Source: Candidatus Obscuribacterales bacterium
GTDB taxonomy: Bacteria > Cyanobacteriota > Vampirovibrionia > Obscuribacterales > Obscuribacteraceae
Reading direction: 5' to 3'
DNA length: 64,000 bases
Assembly: GCA_965228855.1 (NCBI GenBank)
Contig: CBDDIJ010000002.1
Span: 384,001-448,000, forward strand
Part shown: piece by piece, positions 49,529-59,725 of the stretch
Position numbering within the stretch: the first letter of the stretch is position 1
Layout: each line of letters starts with the position of its first letter
Translations under genes and position numbers: made by a program
The notes under the pieces: model-generated
Seen by the model: the letters and a program-made list of their open reading frames with translations, nothing else
Databases searched by the model: none
Told to the model about the DNA's origin: nothing

Positions 49529-50515
49529 GAGTGTCTCCTTTTGTTTTTCTTGTTTTTGCTCAATATCGAGCGGTTTATGAAACAACACGACTGCCATCCG
49601 GGAAGGCACGAGAAACTCGTGTCTGCCCCTTCATCGGACGGCGAGTCTATATCACGAGCAGCTTGGAGCGGCGCGTGAGAAATGCGGTTACCCGCGAATT
49701 TCCGGAAGAATCAGGCGCGAATCGAAACCAACATGCAGCGAAGCTAGCTCCACCGAGGTCGACAACTTCATCCCAGCAGGGTTTTCACCTGCGTTGGCTG
49801 GTCTATGGAGAACCAGGCAGTCTTGCTAAACGATGGGATTCCGCTTGCCGCCCCGATGGAGCTAGCTTCGCTGCATCATGGATGCAGGGTAAATGTTTCG
49901 ATTGCGTGAACCAGATTGGTTTTGAGCTGGTTTGTTCGCCTGAAGAGGAAGTGAATCTGTTTTAGAGATAAGTCGAGTCTAATAAACAGCATTGATGTCA
50001 AGCAATAGCGGGGTACATTCCCGTTTACGTTCTAAACACGGCGAATGCCTGAGCGGCCAGTCTTCTGAGCTCCCACTAGATAAGCGTTTACAGGCTTGAT
50101 CCCGACCCTTTTGCTCTTAAAAGCCCTCTTTTTAAAATAGATATGAGTTCGTAGCCTTACGTAGATAAACTGGTATTAATGCCTAGCGCGGCTAGATTAA
50201 CCCCGAGTAATTTCGAATCGGCAGTTCTGCAGTTCGATCTCGCGCGACATAGGCCTAAGCTGTCATGTTCTTTTTGACACAGTTGTTCCACCATCAGATC
50301 TAAATAGATCTGATGAACGAAACAGGCCAAACTGAAGATGAACTGATCAGTTCGCGCAGCTTGCCTAGATTTAATCTTTGCGGTTTTCAGACCAAACCAT
50401 GTCAAATCATCGAGTACTCGATGAGAACTTGAACTCTAAATTCGAGCGTTAGCGCTTCGCATGCATGCAAAGTCCGTCCCGTTCGAAATAGAAACGGGCC
50501 CCGTTTCTATTCAGG

Positions 50516-51580
50516 TCATTGAACCTGACGCAGACGAGCCAGACCGTGATTAGCCATAAACTGAAAAATCACGGCACTTGAATCAAAGTCGCGACTGGTA
50601 GTGCCTTTAGAATTCTTTCCGTTGGAGTGCACCTGCGGCCATCCATGACCGCCGCCCACGATTGCGTAGATCAGCACCTCGTGATTGTTCGGACAGTTGG
50701 CGTAACGCGCCACTCTCAGACTAGTGCCATCTATGCCTTTCACATCCGGATATTCTTCATGGGTGTAGTCGTTTCCACACTTGTTTCCCTGAAGCCAGAA
50801 ATCAATTGCCTGGGAGGCCGACGCACCGATTCCGCGGTTGTAACCATGAGCACCCGGATTGATGGGTCCGCCGTTGAACGGCACGACTTTGTCGTCCGTG
50901 CCAAGGATGTACATCATTGAACAATTGCCCTTCAATCGCATTTTGTTTATCAAAACCTGCGATATGGTACCGGCGACAGACGCGACCGCCTGTATCTGCC
51001 CCTGCAATTTCAAAGCCGCATATTGCGCAAAGAAACCGCCGTCAGAGAATCCACAAGCATAGACTCCGGTTCGATCAAGACGCCACTTGCGCTCGAGGGT
51101 ATCCAGAATTTGAGAAACGAAGCCAACATCGTCCATCTGCTGAGCGTCGGTTCTTCTCCCGTCGCTCCAGGTACCAACTCCTTCCGGATAAACAACGAGG
51201 AAACCATATTGGTCGGACAATTCGTTAAACCGCGCCATGCGACTCATCGCGCGAGCATTGGAACCTTCCTGATGAAACACTAGAAGCGCAGGAGTTGGTT
51301 GTTGTGGGTTGAAAGTAGGCGGCACGTGAATGTAAAACGTCCGCTTGTAACCCTCGTGCCCGACGAAATCTTTGATCAACTGGTCGTGCGATTGCGGCTT
51401 AGGCTTCTTGTTCCGTGCCTGCGCGGCGCCCGCGTTGTTCGGATTGGGTTGGTAATCTTGCAAACCGCCTGACACCACAGGCGATATCAAAGCACATAAA
51501 AGACTGACCACTGCGAGCGTGGTTTTGGAAGCGGTTTTTCGCTTCTGGCACAAATCGCTACTGGAAAAAACCATACTCAA
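50516..51580 (-). CDS. PHB-depolymerase/LpqC family esterase (alpha/beta hydrolase)
   Basis: RTFYIHVP, VVYPEG, DDVGFV, GFSDGG, GTDDKVVP, GGGHGWP. Confidence 0.88.
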   Translation of the reverse strand: MSMVFSSSDLCQKRKTASKTTLAVVSLLCALISPVVSGGLQDYQPNPNNAGAAQARNKKPKPQSHDQLIKDFVGHEGYKRTFYIHVPPTFNPQQPTPALLVFHQEGSNARAMSRMARFNELSDQYGFLVVYPEGVGTWSDGRRTDAQQMDDVGFVSQILDTLERKWRLDRTGVYACGFSDGGFFAQYAALKLQGQIQAVASVAGTISQVLINKMRLKGNCSMMYILGTDDKVVPFNGGPINPGAHGYNRGIGASASQAIDFWLQGNKCGNDYTHEEYPDVKGIDGTSLRVARYANCPNNHEVLIYAIVGGGHGWPQVHSNGKNSKGTTSRDFDSSAVIFQFMANHGLARLRQVQ

Positions 51581-51634
51581 ATAAGATTTCCATGTTCGAA
51601 CACTAGATGCCCGCGGACCAGCATCTATCCGATT

Positions 51635-52270
51635 TTAGTGATGTGTCAGCTTTCCGAAGAAAGCGAGAATTTCGTGGAAGTAAGTTACTCCGTACAGCAC
51701 CGCAGTAAAGCCTATGATTATGAACAGCCCAGCCTTAGCGATTCTCCACATACCCAGGTTGAACTTGCGCGCTTTGCTCTTCTTGGCCGTTGCCACCACG
51801 GGCGGCGCGGTTGAAATCTCGTCCGCCTTAGGTTCAAGGGACATCGGCAGATTTGAACCCAGGTCGACTTGTCCAGCTTTCATACTGTGCTGCACTTCAG
51901 GCTGCTTATCGAGCAGACCGTCAGGATTCTCGGGCAAGTTAGGCAGCAAAGCGACAATCTTGTCAACTTTAAGCCAGAGAGACTGATTGACGTCCGTAAT
52001 GTGCTTGCGAAGTGGATCCAGAATGGCATAATTGCCTTCTTCAATTGTCAGCAAGCGTCGCACGGCGGTGTAACCAATTTCGTTAGTCTGGTTTACTTTG
52101 CCACCAATGATGTAACCACCTTGCGAGAACGCAATCTGCCCCTGCAATTCCGAACCGTTGTCGTTGATGCGAAGAATAGGTGTTTTCACCGACTTGATCT
52201 CGGCGCAGGTTTTAAGAACCTCATCAATTCCCTCTTCCGGCGTTATTTTGCCTTCGATGATAACGTCCAC
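51635..52270 (-). CDS. Hypothetical membrane protein (DUF4388-like N-terminus)
   Basis: GTG start after GAGGT; GQIAFSQGGYIIGG..GYTAVRRLLTIEEGNY; C-terminal TM helix. Confidence 0.6.
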   Translation of the reverse strand: MDVIIEGKITPEEGIDEVLKTCAEIKSVKTPILRINDNGSELQGQIAFSQGGYIIGGKVNQTNEIGYTAVRRLLTIEEGNYAILDPLRKHITDVNQSLWLKVDKIVALLPNLPENPDGLLDKQPEVQHSMKAGQVDLGSNLPMSLEPKADEISTAPPVVATAKKSKARKFNLGMWRIAKAGLFIIIGFTAVLYGVTYFHEILAFFGKLTHH

Positions 52271-52468
52271 AAAAACCTCGGTTTGATAAGCCTGAACGAT
52301 AAAAAATACGGTGGACACCCAGTCAGGAGACTAGTCTAACAGATCTGTTCAAACTGGTGTCAGTTGCCAGCCAGGCGCCCGCCGACACGCTTGACGACGT
52401 GTCGATAAAACAAAGCATTATCGGTTCTATCGCCTGCGCAACTCGAAAGTACGGTAAAATCTGTCGCC

Positions 52469-53596
52469 ATGAAGAAGCGCATAATGTGTGTGTTTGGAAC
52501 GCGTCCCGAAGCTGTCAAGTTGGCTCCGGTGGTTCACGCTTTGAGAGAGTCGGAAAAAGTAGAACCTGTTGTCGTTCTCACAGCCCAACATCGAGAGATG
52601 TTGGACCAGATGCTGAAATGGTTTCAAATCACACCGGACCACGATTTAAACTTGATGCAGCACGGGCAAACCCTCGCGCAACTCACCAGCCGCGTCGTAA
52701 TAAGCGTCGATGAAGTTCTGGAAAAGGTGAAGCCGGATTTGCTTCTCGTGCAAGGCGACACGACAACTGTGATGGCCGCCTCGCTGGCTGCCTTCTATCA
52801 GAAAGTACCGGTCGGTCACGTCGAGGCTGGGCTGCGCACAGCCGATCGCTATAATCCGTTCCCCGAAGAAATGTCGCGCAGACAAACCAGTCAGATAGCC
52901 AGTCTGCACTTTGCACCGACCCAGCTCGCCGTCGACAATTTGAAACGCGAAGGCATCACTGAAAACGTCTTTCTTACCGGCAACACCGTCATCGATGCTT
53001 TGCTTGAAACCTCGCGCAGGCTAGCGGATACCCCGGTCGACACCTCACTTTTCGGCAAGGTAGACTTCGAGAAATTCAAAGTTCTTCTCGTCACCGCGCA
53101 CAGAAGAGAGAACTGGGGTGAGTCCATGGACGAGATAGCAAGAGCGTTACGACAGATCGCAGATGAATTTCCCGACGTTCAAATCCTCTATCCGATTCAC
53201 AAAAATCCTGTCGTCAGGCAGTCAATCGAACCAGTCTTTCAGGGACACGACAGACTGATTACAATAGAGCCACTTGACTATGTTCCGTTCGTCTATGCGA
53301 TGAAACGCAGCTATCTGATTCTCACAGATTCAGGTGGAATTCAGGAGGAAGCGCCGTCGCTTGGCAAACCGGTTCTGGTTATGCGCACGAACACTGAGCG
53401 CCCGGAGGCAGTGAACGCCGGTGCTGCGCGACTGGTCGGAGTCAAATCGGCCGGAATAGTTGAAGGCGCTCGCGCACTTATCGGAACACCTGAGAACTAT
53501 GAAAAAATGGCTTGCGCCATCAATCCATTCGGCGATGGCAGAGCCGCCAGGCGCATAGTTGAAGCCATCGAAGACTTTCTATGTATTAAGAAATAA
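52469..53596 (+). CDS. wecB: UDP-N-acetylglucosamine 2-epimerase (non-hydrolysing)
   Basis: FGTRPEAVK, QGDTTT, HVEAGLR, PFPEE, HRREN, TDSGGIQEE, NPFGDG. Confidence 0.96.
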   Translation: MKKRIMCVFGTRPEAVKLAPVVHALRESEKVEPVVVLTAQHREMLDQMLKWFQITPDHDLNLMQHGQTLAQLTSRVVISVDEVLEKVKPDLLLVQGDTTTVMAASLAAFYQKVPVGHVEAGLRTADRYNPFPEEMSRRQTSQIASLHFAPTQLAVDNLKREGITENVFLTGNTVIDALLETSRRLADTPVDTSLFGKVDFEKFKVLLVTAHRRENWGESMDEIARALRQIADEFPDVQILYPIHKNPVVRQSIEPVFQGHDRLITIEPLDYVPFVYAMKRSYLILTDSGGIQEEAPSLGKPVLVMRTNTERPEAVNAGAARLVGVKSAGIVEGARALIGTPENYEKMACAINPFGDGRAARRIVEAIEDFLCIKK

Positions 53597-53768
53597 CTAC
53601 CACCCTGTTTTTTAGCGTTATGATCAATGCGGTGAGTTTGCTAAATCAAAACCACGAACGTGATCAGTCGCGTCCCCCTTGCCCCTGGGTCGCGCCGAAG
53701 TCCGAAAGCGACCACGCAAAAGAGGGAAGTTAACCCTGGCAAAAACAGGGTCAGCAAGGAGAACAACG

Positions 53769-54944
53769 GTGAGCACCATGATTACAAGTCAGGACGTTTT
53801 ACCATTCGGCGAATTCTTAAACGATGATCACCACGCGATCAGAGAAATGGTGCGCGACTTCGCGACCAAGGAAATTGCGCCGAAGGCCGCAGAAGTAGAC
53901 AAAGAAGCCCGCTTTCCGATCGAAACATTCGCCAAACTTGGCGAACTCGATCTTCTCGGTCTAACTGTTGACCCCGAATATGGTGGCGCCGGGGCAGATT
54001 ATCGCAGCTACGTTATAGCAGTCGAAGAGATCGCAAGAGCTTGCGGAAGCACCGGATTGAGCTACGCGGCCCACTGTTCGCTTGGAACGAATCCGATCAA
54101 GCTGTTCGGAACAGAAGAGCAGAAGAAGAAATATTTGCCCAAACTTGTCTCCGGAGAATGGCTTGGTTGCTGGGCATTGACGGAACCTGGAACAGGATCG
54201 GATGCTGCAGCCCAGAAGACAACCGCTAAGCTTGTTGGCGACCAGTATGTTTTAAACGGCACCAAACAGTTCATCACCAACGCAACTCACGCGAAAGTGA
54301 ACATCATTATGGCGATGACGGATCAGTCGGAAGGCAAGAAAGGAATTTCTTCCTTCATCGTGGACGAAGGCACGCCCGGCTTTTACGTTTCCAAAGTCGA
54401 AAAGAAAATGGGCATGAAGGGCTCGCCGACTGCCAGCTTGACTATGGAAGACTGCAAAATCGGCAAAGGCCAGCTCATCGGCGAGGAAGGGGATGGATAC
54501 CGGCAAGCGCTCACAACGCTCGAAGGCGGACGCCTCTCTATCGCGGCACTCGCTCTCGGCATAAGCCAGGCGGCTTTCGATGCAGCTCTCAGCTACGCGA
54601 ATCAACGCGAATCATTCGGTGTTCCGATTGGCAAACACCAGTTTATTCAAGGCTACCTCGCCGACATGTCGACGCAGATTACCGCTGCCAGACTGCTTCT
54701 CTATCATGCTGCCTGGATGAAGGATCACGGCAAGCGTGTCACTCTCGAAGGCTCGCAAGCAAAGCTATACGCTTCGGAAGTATCTTCAAAAGTAACCAAC
54801 CTGGCCGTGCAAATTCACGGCGGCTACGGATACGTAGAAGACTTCCCGGCAGAGCGCTTCCTTCGCGACGCTAAGCTCTGCGAAATCGGCGAAGGCACTT
54901 CGGAAATCCAACGCCTGGTCATCGCTCGTCAGCTCGGCTTGTAA
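53769..54944 (+). CDS. Acyl-CoA dehydrogenase
   Basis: LTEPGTGSD, NGTKQFITN, QIHGGYGY, RDAKLCEIGEGTSEIQR. Confidence 0.95.
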   Translation: MSTMITSQDVLPFGEFLNDDHHAIREMVRDFATKEIAPKAAEVDKEARFPIETFAKLGELDLLGLTVDPEYGGAGADYRSYVIAVEEIARACGSTGLSYAAHCSLGTNPIKLFGTEEQKKKYLPKLVSGEWLGCWALTEPGTGSDAAAQKTTAKLVGDQYVLNGTKQFITNATHAKVNIIMAMTDQSEGKKGISSFIVDEGTPGFYVSKVEKKMGMKGSPTASLTMEDCKIGKGQLIGEEGDGYRQALTTLEGGRLSIAALALGISQAAFDAALSYANQRESFGVPIGKHQFIQGYLADMSTQITAARLLLYHAAWMKDHGKRVTLEGSQAKLYASEVSSKVTNLAVQIHGGYGYVEDFPAERFLRDAKLCEIGEGTSEIQRLVIARQLGL

Positions 54945-54978
54945 TTTATCGCGCCGAACGGCTCGGAAAATAAACATT

Positions 54979-55015
54979 AGCGAAGAGACCGCGGCATGGC
55001 CGCGGTCTCTTCGCT
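54979..55015 (+). terminator. Stem-loop after the acyl-CoA dehydrogenase gene
   Basis: AGCGAAGAGACCGCGG-catgg-CCGCGGTCTCTTCGCT 16-bp stem. Confidence 0.65.
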
Positions 55016-55046
55016 TCTGGGTAGAATGAAAACGGGTTGGCAGTTA

Positions 55047-56183
55047 ATGACAAAACGCGCAATTGTCGATAAGCATCTAAAACCGGCATTGCAAGCCGGT
55101 TTCATTGTGCTGTTTGCTTTTAACGGCAATGCCTGTGCCGCACCCCTACATTCGCATGCGGAAAAACAGGCCGCAGTTAAAACTGAAACTGCGAAAGCTG
55201 CTGCGTCAGCTGGAACTCGCGAACCTGAATCAAAATCCAGAGCGATGTTCTATCTGCACCAGGCCCAAGATGCACAAAAACGACAGGACCACGGCGCCGT
55301 GCTGGATTTCTGCAGGAAAGCACTGGACATTGATCCCAAATTCGCTATGGCCTACGCGGTCCGCGCCAGGACTTATATGCACAGAAAGCGCTGGGACAAG
55401 GCAATAGCCGATGCCGACCGCGCGATCAGTTTAGATCCAAAAACATCACTGGCGTATGTCGTGCGCGGCAAGAGTGGCTATCTAAGCGGGCTCGAGTCAA
55501 ACGAGAAAGTGCAGCGAGATTTTGCAGAGGCGGTTCGGATTGACCCGAACGATTCGGACGCCAATTTCTACCTGGGCATAATGTTCACGGTCAGCAAGAA
55601 CTATGAGCTTGCCGTCAAACATTTGACGGTAGCAGCAAAGTACGACCCGTCAAACAAAAACATCTTCCAGTATCGCTCGGCGTGCTACACGTTGATGAAA
55701 AAACCGGATCTGGCGATAGCCGATCTCTCAACAGTGATCCGGATAGACCCCAAGGCTTATGAGGCTTATGCAACGCGCGCGGATGTTTACTCGCGTTTAG
55801 GGAAGAACGAACAGGCAATCGCAGACTGCTCGGAGGCGATTAAGCTCAAGCCCCGCGATTACACCTTGCGAAATCTGCGAGCCTCGCTGCTCATCAAAAT
55901 GGGCAAACATGCCGACGCAATCAAGGACTTCACCGAAGCAATTGCACTCAACCCTCTGGATGAAGACCTGTTCTTGAGGCGAGCGAACTCTTACGCGGCG
56001 CTGAAAGAGTACGAGAAGGCAGTCGCCGACTACTCTGAGTCGATAAGCCTGGAACCGGACTATGAGAGCGCATATCGCCTCAGATCCAAGGTTTACGACT
56101 CGCTGGGTAAACGGGACCTGGCGGCAAAAGACCGCGCCCGAGCCGCCGAACTGAAGAAACTCCCCGCCGAAAAACGGATCTAG
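55047..56183 (+). CDS. Secreted TPR-repeat protein
   Basis: About 8 canonical TPRs (AIADxxxAIxLDP); start uncertain (54996, 55026 or 55047). Confidence 0.9.
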   Translation: MTKRAIVDKHLKPALQAGFIVLFAFNGNACAAPLHSHAEKQAAVKTETAKAAASAGTREPESKSRAMFYLHQAQDAQKRQDHGAVLDFCRKALDIDPKFAMAYAVRARTYMHRKRWDKAIADADRAISLDPKTSLAYVVRGKSGYLSGLESNEKVQRDFAEAVRIDPNDSDANFYLGIMFTVSKNYELAVKHLTVAAKYDPSNKNIFQYRSACYTLMKKPDLAIADLSTVIRIDPKAYEAYATRADVYSRLGKNEQAIADCSEAIKLKPRDYTLRNLRASLLIKMGKHADAIKDFTEAIALNPLDEDLFLRRANSYAALKEYEKAVADYSESISLEPDYESAYRLRSKVYDSLGKRDLAAKDRARAAELKKLPAEKRI

Positions 56184-56191
56184 GCCCAGCC

Positions 56192-56309
56192 CCCTCCCTA
56201 CTACTCCATTTAAAACTGCTAAGCGTCCAAGAACGCCTCCCTACCGAGATCCCTTCCTACTACTCCATATAAAACTGCCAAGCGTCCAAGAACGCCTCCC
56301 TACCGGGAT
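56192..56309. repeat. Tandem 59-bp duplication containing the left arm of locus 8
   Basis: CCCT(C/T)CCTACTACTCCAT(T/A)TAAAACTGC(T/C)AAGCGTCCAAGAACGCCTCCCTACCG(A/G)GAT twice. Confidence 0.95.
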
Positions 56310-56502
56310 TGCAGGGGACGAGGGAAATTCCACTCCGGAGTTTGGCTATCCTGCATAGACGGATTTTCGAAAATCCGTCTATGCAGCGTAGCCAAAGCCA
56401 GGGTCAAGGCGGCTGCGGTTCCGATTGGAATCGCGCGATGGCTGACCCTGCTGCCCTTCTGAGTCTTAACACGCTCGAAGATTCTAGTACTTCCTATAGT
56501 AG
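56198..56502. repeat. Composite palindromic element, locus 8 (core 56342-56395)
   Basis: TTGGCTATCCTGCATAGACGGATTTTCGAAAATCCGTCTATGCAGCGTAGCCAA; arms CTACTACT 56198 and 56257, TATAGTAG 56495. Confidence 0.95.
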
Positions 56503-56519
56503 ACTTGTTCTTAAAGAAA

Positions 56520-56561
56520 AGCGAGGGCGAAGCAGCCTGGGGAGCTGGTTTCGCCCTCGCT
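56520..56561 (-). terminator. Terminator downstream of 56671..57315
   Basis: AGCGAGGGCGAA...TTCGCCCTCGCT followed by TTTCTTT on the minus strand. Confidence 0.7.
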
Positions 56562-56670
56562 GGGTCGGGAGGATTCAGGCATTCGCGAACGCGGCCTGGG
56601 TGGGTTTGGAGCCCGCAAAGTGAATCGCGGGTCTCCAGCTTCTGTTCTCACCACTTGCGTCGTCGCCGGA

Positions 56671-57315
56671 CTAGATGTCCAGAACGATGACGTTTTCCGT
56701 CGGTTGATACTTCTCCGTCAGACAGGCGGCATTGACGAAGGTCGTGCCGTTCTGCTCCGTGACGCCGGCAGAGTGATGGACGTGTCCGAAACAGTGAACC
56801 TTCGGGCGAACCTGAAGGACACGTTCGAGCAGGAACTCATCTCCGAGCGTCGGCCAGAGCGGCGCGCGGTCCAGAATGCCTTTGGGCGGACCGTGCGTCA
56901 CGAGGACATCGACATGGTCAGGAACCTTCTGCCAGACGGCGGCCAGTTCCGGAGAACTGCGCGGCAGGTTGAATGCCCACTTGCGATACTCGGGTTGCCA
57001 CGGACTTCCGTAGATGCGGAGGCCGGCGAGCTCGACGAGTTCATCCTGCAAGTAAACGGCATTGGTAAGCAAAGCACGAGCTTCCGCGTTCATCTGCTCG
57101 AACACGGTTTCGTGATTGCCAGCAACGACAACCTTGAAGCGGTGAGGCAATTCACCGAGCTCCCGGTTGAAATTTGCGACTTGGCTGAGATGTTCAGATG
57201 GCGTTTTTGCCTCCACTCGCATGGTGAAGTCACCGCAGTGGATCAGCATGTCACCGTCCGGCACCTTCACTCTGCCAAGTCTGTTGTGAGTATCGCTCAC
57301 AAAGACCAGTCTCAT
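56671..57315 (-). CDS. Metallophosphoesterase (MPPED/239AB-like)
   Basis: SDTH, HCGDFT, AGNHE, YGSPWQP, THGPP, FGHVH. Confidence 0.92.
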   Translation of the reverse strand: MRLVFVSDTHNRLGRVKVPDGDMLIHCGDFTMRVEAKTPSEHLSQVANFNRELGELPHRFKVVVAGNHETVFEQMNAEARALLTNAVYLQDELVELAGLRIYGSPWQPEYRKWAFNLPRSSPELAAVWQKVPDHVDVLVTHGPPKGILDRAPLWPTLGDEFLLERVLQVRPKVHCFGHVHHSAGVTEQNGTTFVNAACLTEKYQPTENVIVLDI

Positions 57316-57847
57316 ACGCTATTCGCTCCTCTTGCTTTTAGCCGATGTTATTGAAAGAGGCACAGCGAAGCTACTTCCGATAGCGACGACAAAGACAAGC
57401 CCAAAGCAAAAGCCTGTCGAATGTCATCGCTGCGGGACGTCGCCAGCAAGGCGTATCACAACACACATCACGGCGATGTATGTGTTACCTGCTTTTAGTG
57501 CTGTTGCTGTCTTGGAAACCTGGGTTTAGTTGCTTAGCGAGTTGAAAGAAATATCGATAAAGCGAACCTAGCTCTTATGTGCGTAAGTATCAAGAAACGC
57601 TCTGGACCTAGTATTAAACTTTGGATTAAATCTGGTGAGCGGGGCTTAAGCTGAAATCTTAAACACACACCAGTTCAGCGTTTCGAGCCCAGACTATCGC
57701 TAACTACGCGAACTGTTGGTATTTCGCCTAAAATATACCTCGGTCGAAACCGAACAGCCTTGCATCTAGCGACGTTAGCAGGTCCGCGCGCCCACTTTTC
57801 AACTTTGGATACCCGTAGACTTTTGTGCAATTACCAGGGAGTACAAC

Positions 57848-58597
57848 GTGAACCAGGTAAGCCTTTACGCCATGCCTCTTTTTGCGTTTGTGGCCGCCCT
57901 ATACTCCTCAGTCGGACATGGTGGAGCAACTGGGTATCTGGCGCTAATGTCATTCATGGACATGCCACCGCAGGTGATGTCAACCACGGCGCTTATTTTA
58001 AATCTGCTAACTGCCGGAATCTCATGTTTTGTCTACGCCAGAGCCGGATTTCTGTCAATCAAACTGACTTTTCCGTTCATCCTGGCCTCGATACCCGCAG
58101 CCCTTGTCGGCTCAATGGTGCCGATTAGCGAACGACAATACAGTTGGATGTTGGCGGCAGCCCTGATAGTCACGGCTGCATTACTGATCGGGGCGAAACG
58201 CAAGACTCAGGAGGCGACGTCATTTGCTTCACCTCCGCCGCTTTACCAGGGCGGTCTGGTTGGAGCTACTCTCGGCTTCGTCTCCGGCGCTATCGGCATA
58301 GGCGGAGGTGTTTTCCTCAGTCCGATCATCATTCTCATGCGCTGGGCTGATACGAAGACGACTTCAGCGACCGCGGCTCTATTCATAATCGCAAACTCGA
58401 CATCCGGTCTAGTTGGTCGCACCCTGGCTGGAACCCTGGCGTTCGGAAACGTGCTGCCATTTTTACTGTGCGCATTTGTCGGCGCTGTCGCCGGATCCAT
58501 CTGGGGAGCGAAACTGTCCAGCGCCACGAAACTCAGACTTGCGCTTGCAGTGGTTCTTCTGGTGGCCGCAGTGAAGATGTTTCTCCCAAAATCTTAG
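57848..58597 (+). CDS. Sulfite exporter TauE/SafE family protein
   Basis: YSSVGHGGATGY, GFVSGAIGIGGGVFLSP; about 8 TM helices. Confidence 0.9.
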   Translation: MNQVSLYAMPLFAFVAALYSSVGHGGATGYLALMSFMDMPPQVMSTTALILNLLTAGISCFVYARAGFLSIKLTFPFILASIPAALVGSMVPISERQYSWMLAAALIVTAALLIGAKRKTQEATSFASPPPLYQGGLVGATLGFVSGAIGIGGGVFLSPIIILMRWADTKTTSATAALFIIANSTSGLVGRTLAGTLAFGNVLPFLLCAFVGAVAGSIWGAKLSSATKLRLALAVVLLVAAVKMFLPKS

Positions 58598-59127
58598 CAA
58601 TCACCGCATGTAATACCAGCAACATGTTCACAACAGGCTGTTCACCTCGAGTTCACATTGAAGACTGCGCTAACTGAGCAATGTCAGCTTGCACCGAATG
58701 CGCTTCATGACAGCATCGTTTTTTGTTTATTTTTGTCCGGCGCGAGAGGTCTAGATGTCCAATGGCGCCGGCTTTCGACCAGATATTTACATTTGTGAAA
58801 GAACGTTGTTGCGGGAGCTTCATAAAGCTGGAGCTTTGTTCCCGACACCGTAAGTGGTACCACACAGTCACTTCTTCTTTCAATTCCCGGACGTCCCCTG
58901 CACATTTACCAATAGCCAGTTCTGCGCCAATCCAAACACTTTCCTTCCAGCCTGCGGCCGGAAGAATTGTGCGGCGTTCGGTGAATGGCTGAATTGCGAG
59001 ACTGGGGACGTTAAACATCTGGAGAACTGAATGAACGGGTAGTGAGCAGAACCTAAACGCAGCGCAGCTTTCTCGGTACTGACTCGTCGTCAGGCCGGTT
59101 GTGCAACCCTCCATAAGAGACCTCCGC

Positions 59128-59625
59128 ATGAGCACAAGAATCGAAAAAATTATCTACGCATCACGATGGCTGCTCGCGCCGATCTATCTGGGTCTGGCGT
59201 TGGGCTTGCTGTTGTACGGTGTTCGCTTTGTCGCAGAACTCTGGCACCTCGCCCACGATGTTCTGACGGCATCCGATGAAAAAATGCTGTTGTCGGTGCT
59301 GCATCTGATCGAAATCGCCATGCTCGCGAACTTCATGATCATGGTCATAATCGGCGGCTTCGCACTCTTCGTGAAACAGCTAAAGGGCGAAGCCACGCAG
59401 CTGCAGTGGCTCGACCATATCGACCCAGGCGTCTTGAAACTCAAAATGAGTATGTCTTTGCTGGGCGTCTCAAGCGTTCACCTCTTGGAGGCCTTTGTGA
59501 ACGCTGCTTCCGTCACGACGGGGACTCTGGCGAAGCTGCTCGTCATCCATCTGGTTTTCGTCGCATCCACAATGGCAATCGCGTGGGTCAACCGCATCGG
59601 TCGCCGAGAGCCGAACGACCACTAA
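59128..59625 (+). CDS. TIGR00645 / UPF0114 (YqhA) family membrane protein
   Basis: ASRWLLAPIYLGL, IAMLANF, LKLKMSMS, SSVHLLEAF. Confidence 0.9.
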   Translation: MSTRIEKIIYASRWLLAPIYLGLALGLLLYGVRFVAELWHLAHDVLTASDEKMLLSVLHLIEIAMLANFMIMVIIGGFALFVKQLKGEATQLQWLDHIDPGVLKLKMSMSLLGVSSVHLLEAFVNAASVTTGTLAKLLVIHLVFVASTMAIAWVNRIGRREPNDH

Positions 59626-59660
59626 CGCTTCCTGAACGGGGCGTTTTGAAGTAGTCCCTG

Positions 59661-59708
59661 GAAGGGCTGTAGGTCCGGATATCCGGCTCTGCAGCCCTTC
59701 TTTTTTTT
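59661..59708 (+). terminator. Intrinsic terminator
   Basis: GAAGGGCTGTAG...CTGCAGCCCTTC followed by T8. Confidence 0.85.
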
Positions 59709-59725
59709 CCAGCCCAGCCGCTCAT

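Noticed and set aside
59000..59127. yybP-ykoY (Mn2+) riboswitch before the UPF0114 gene
   Set aside because: GGGGAC, CGTCA and GAGACC fragments are present, but the GGGGAGTA motif and P1 pairing do not fit.
58600..59135. ORFs between tauE and the UPF0114 gene
   Set aside because: No recognisable motifs and several competing frames; a short ORF at ~58755 has an RBS-like GAGAGG but no other support.
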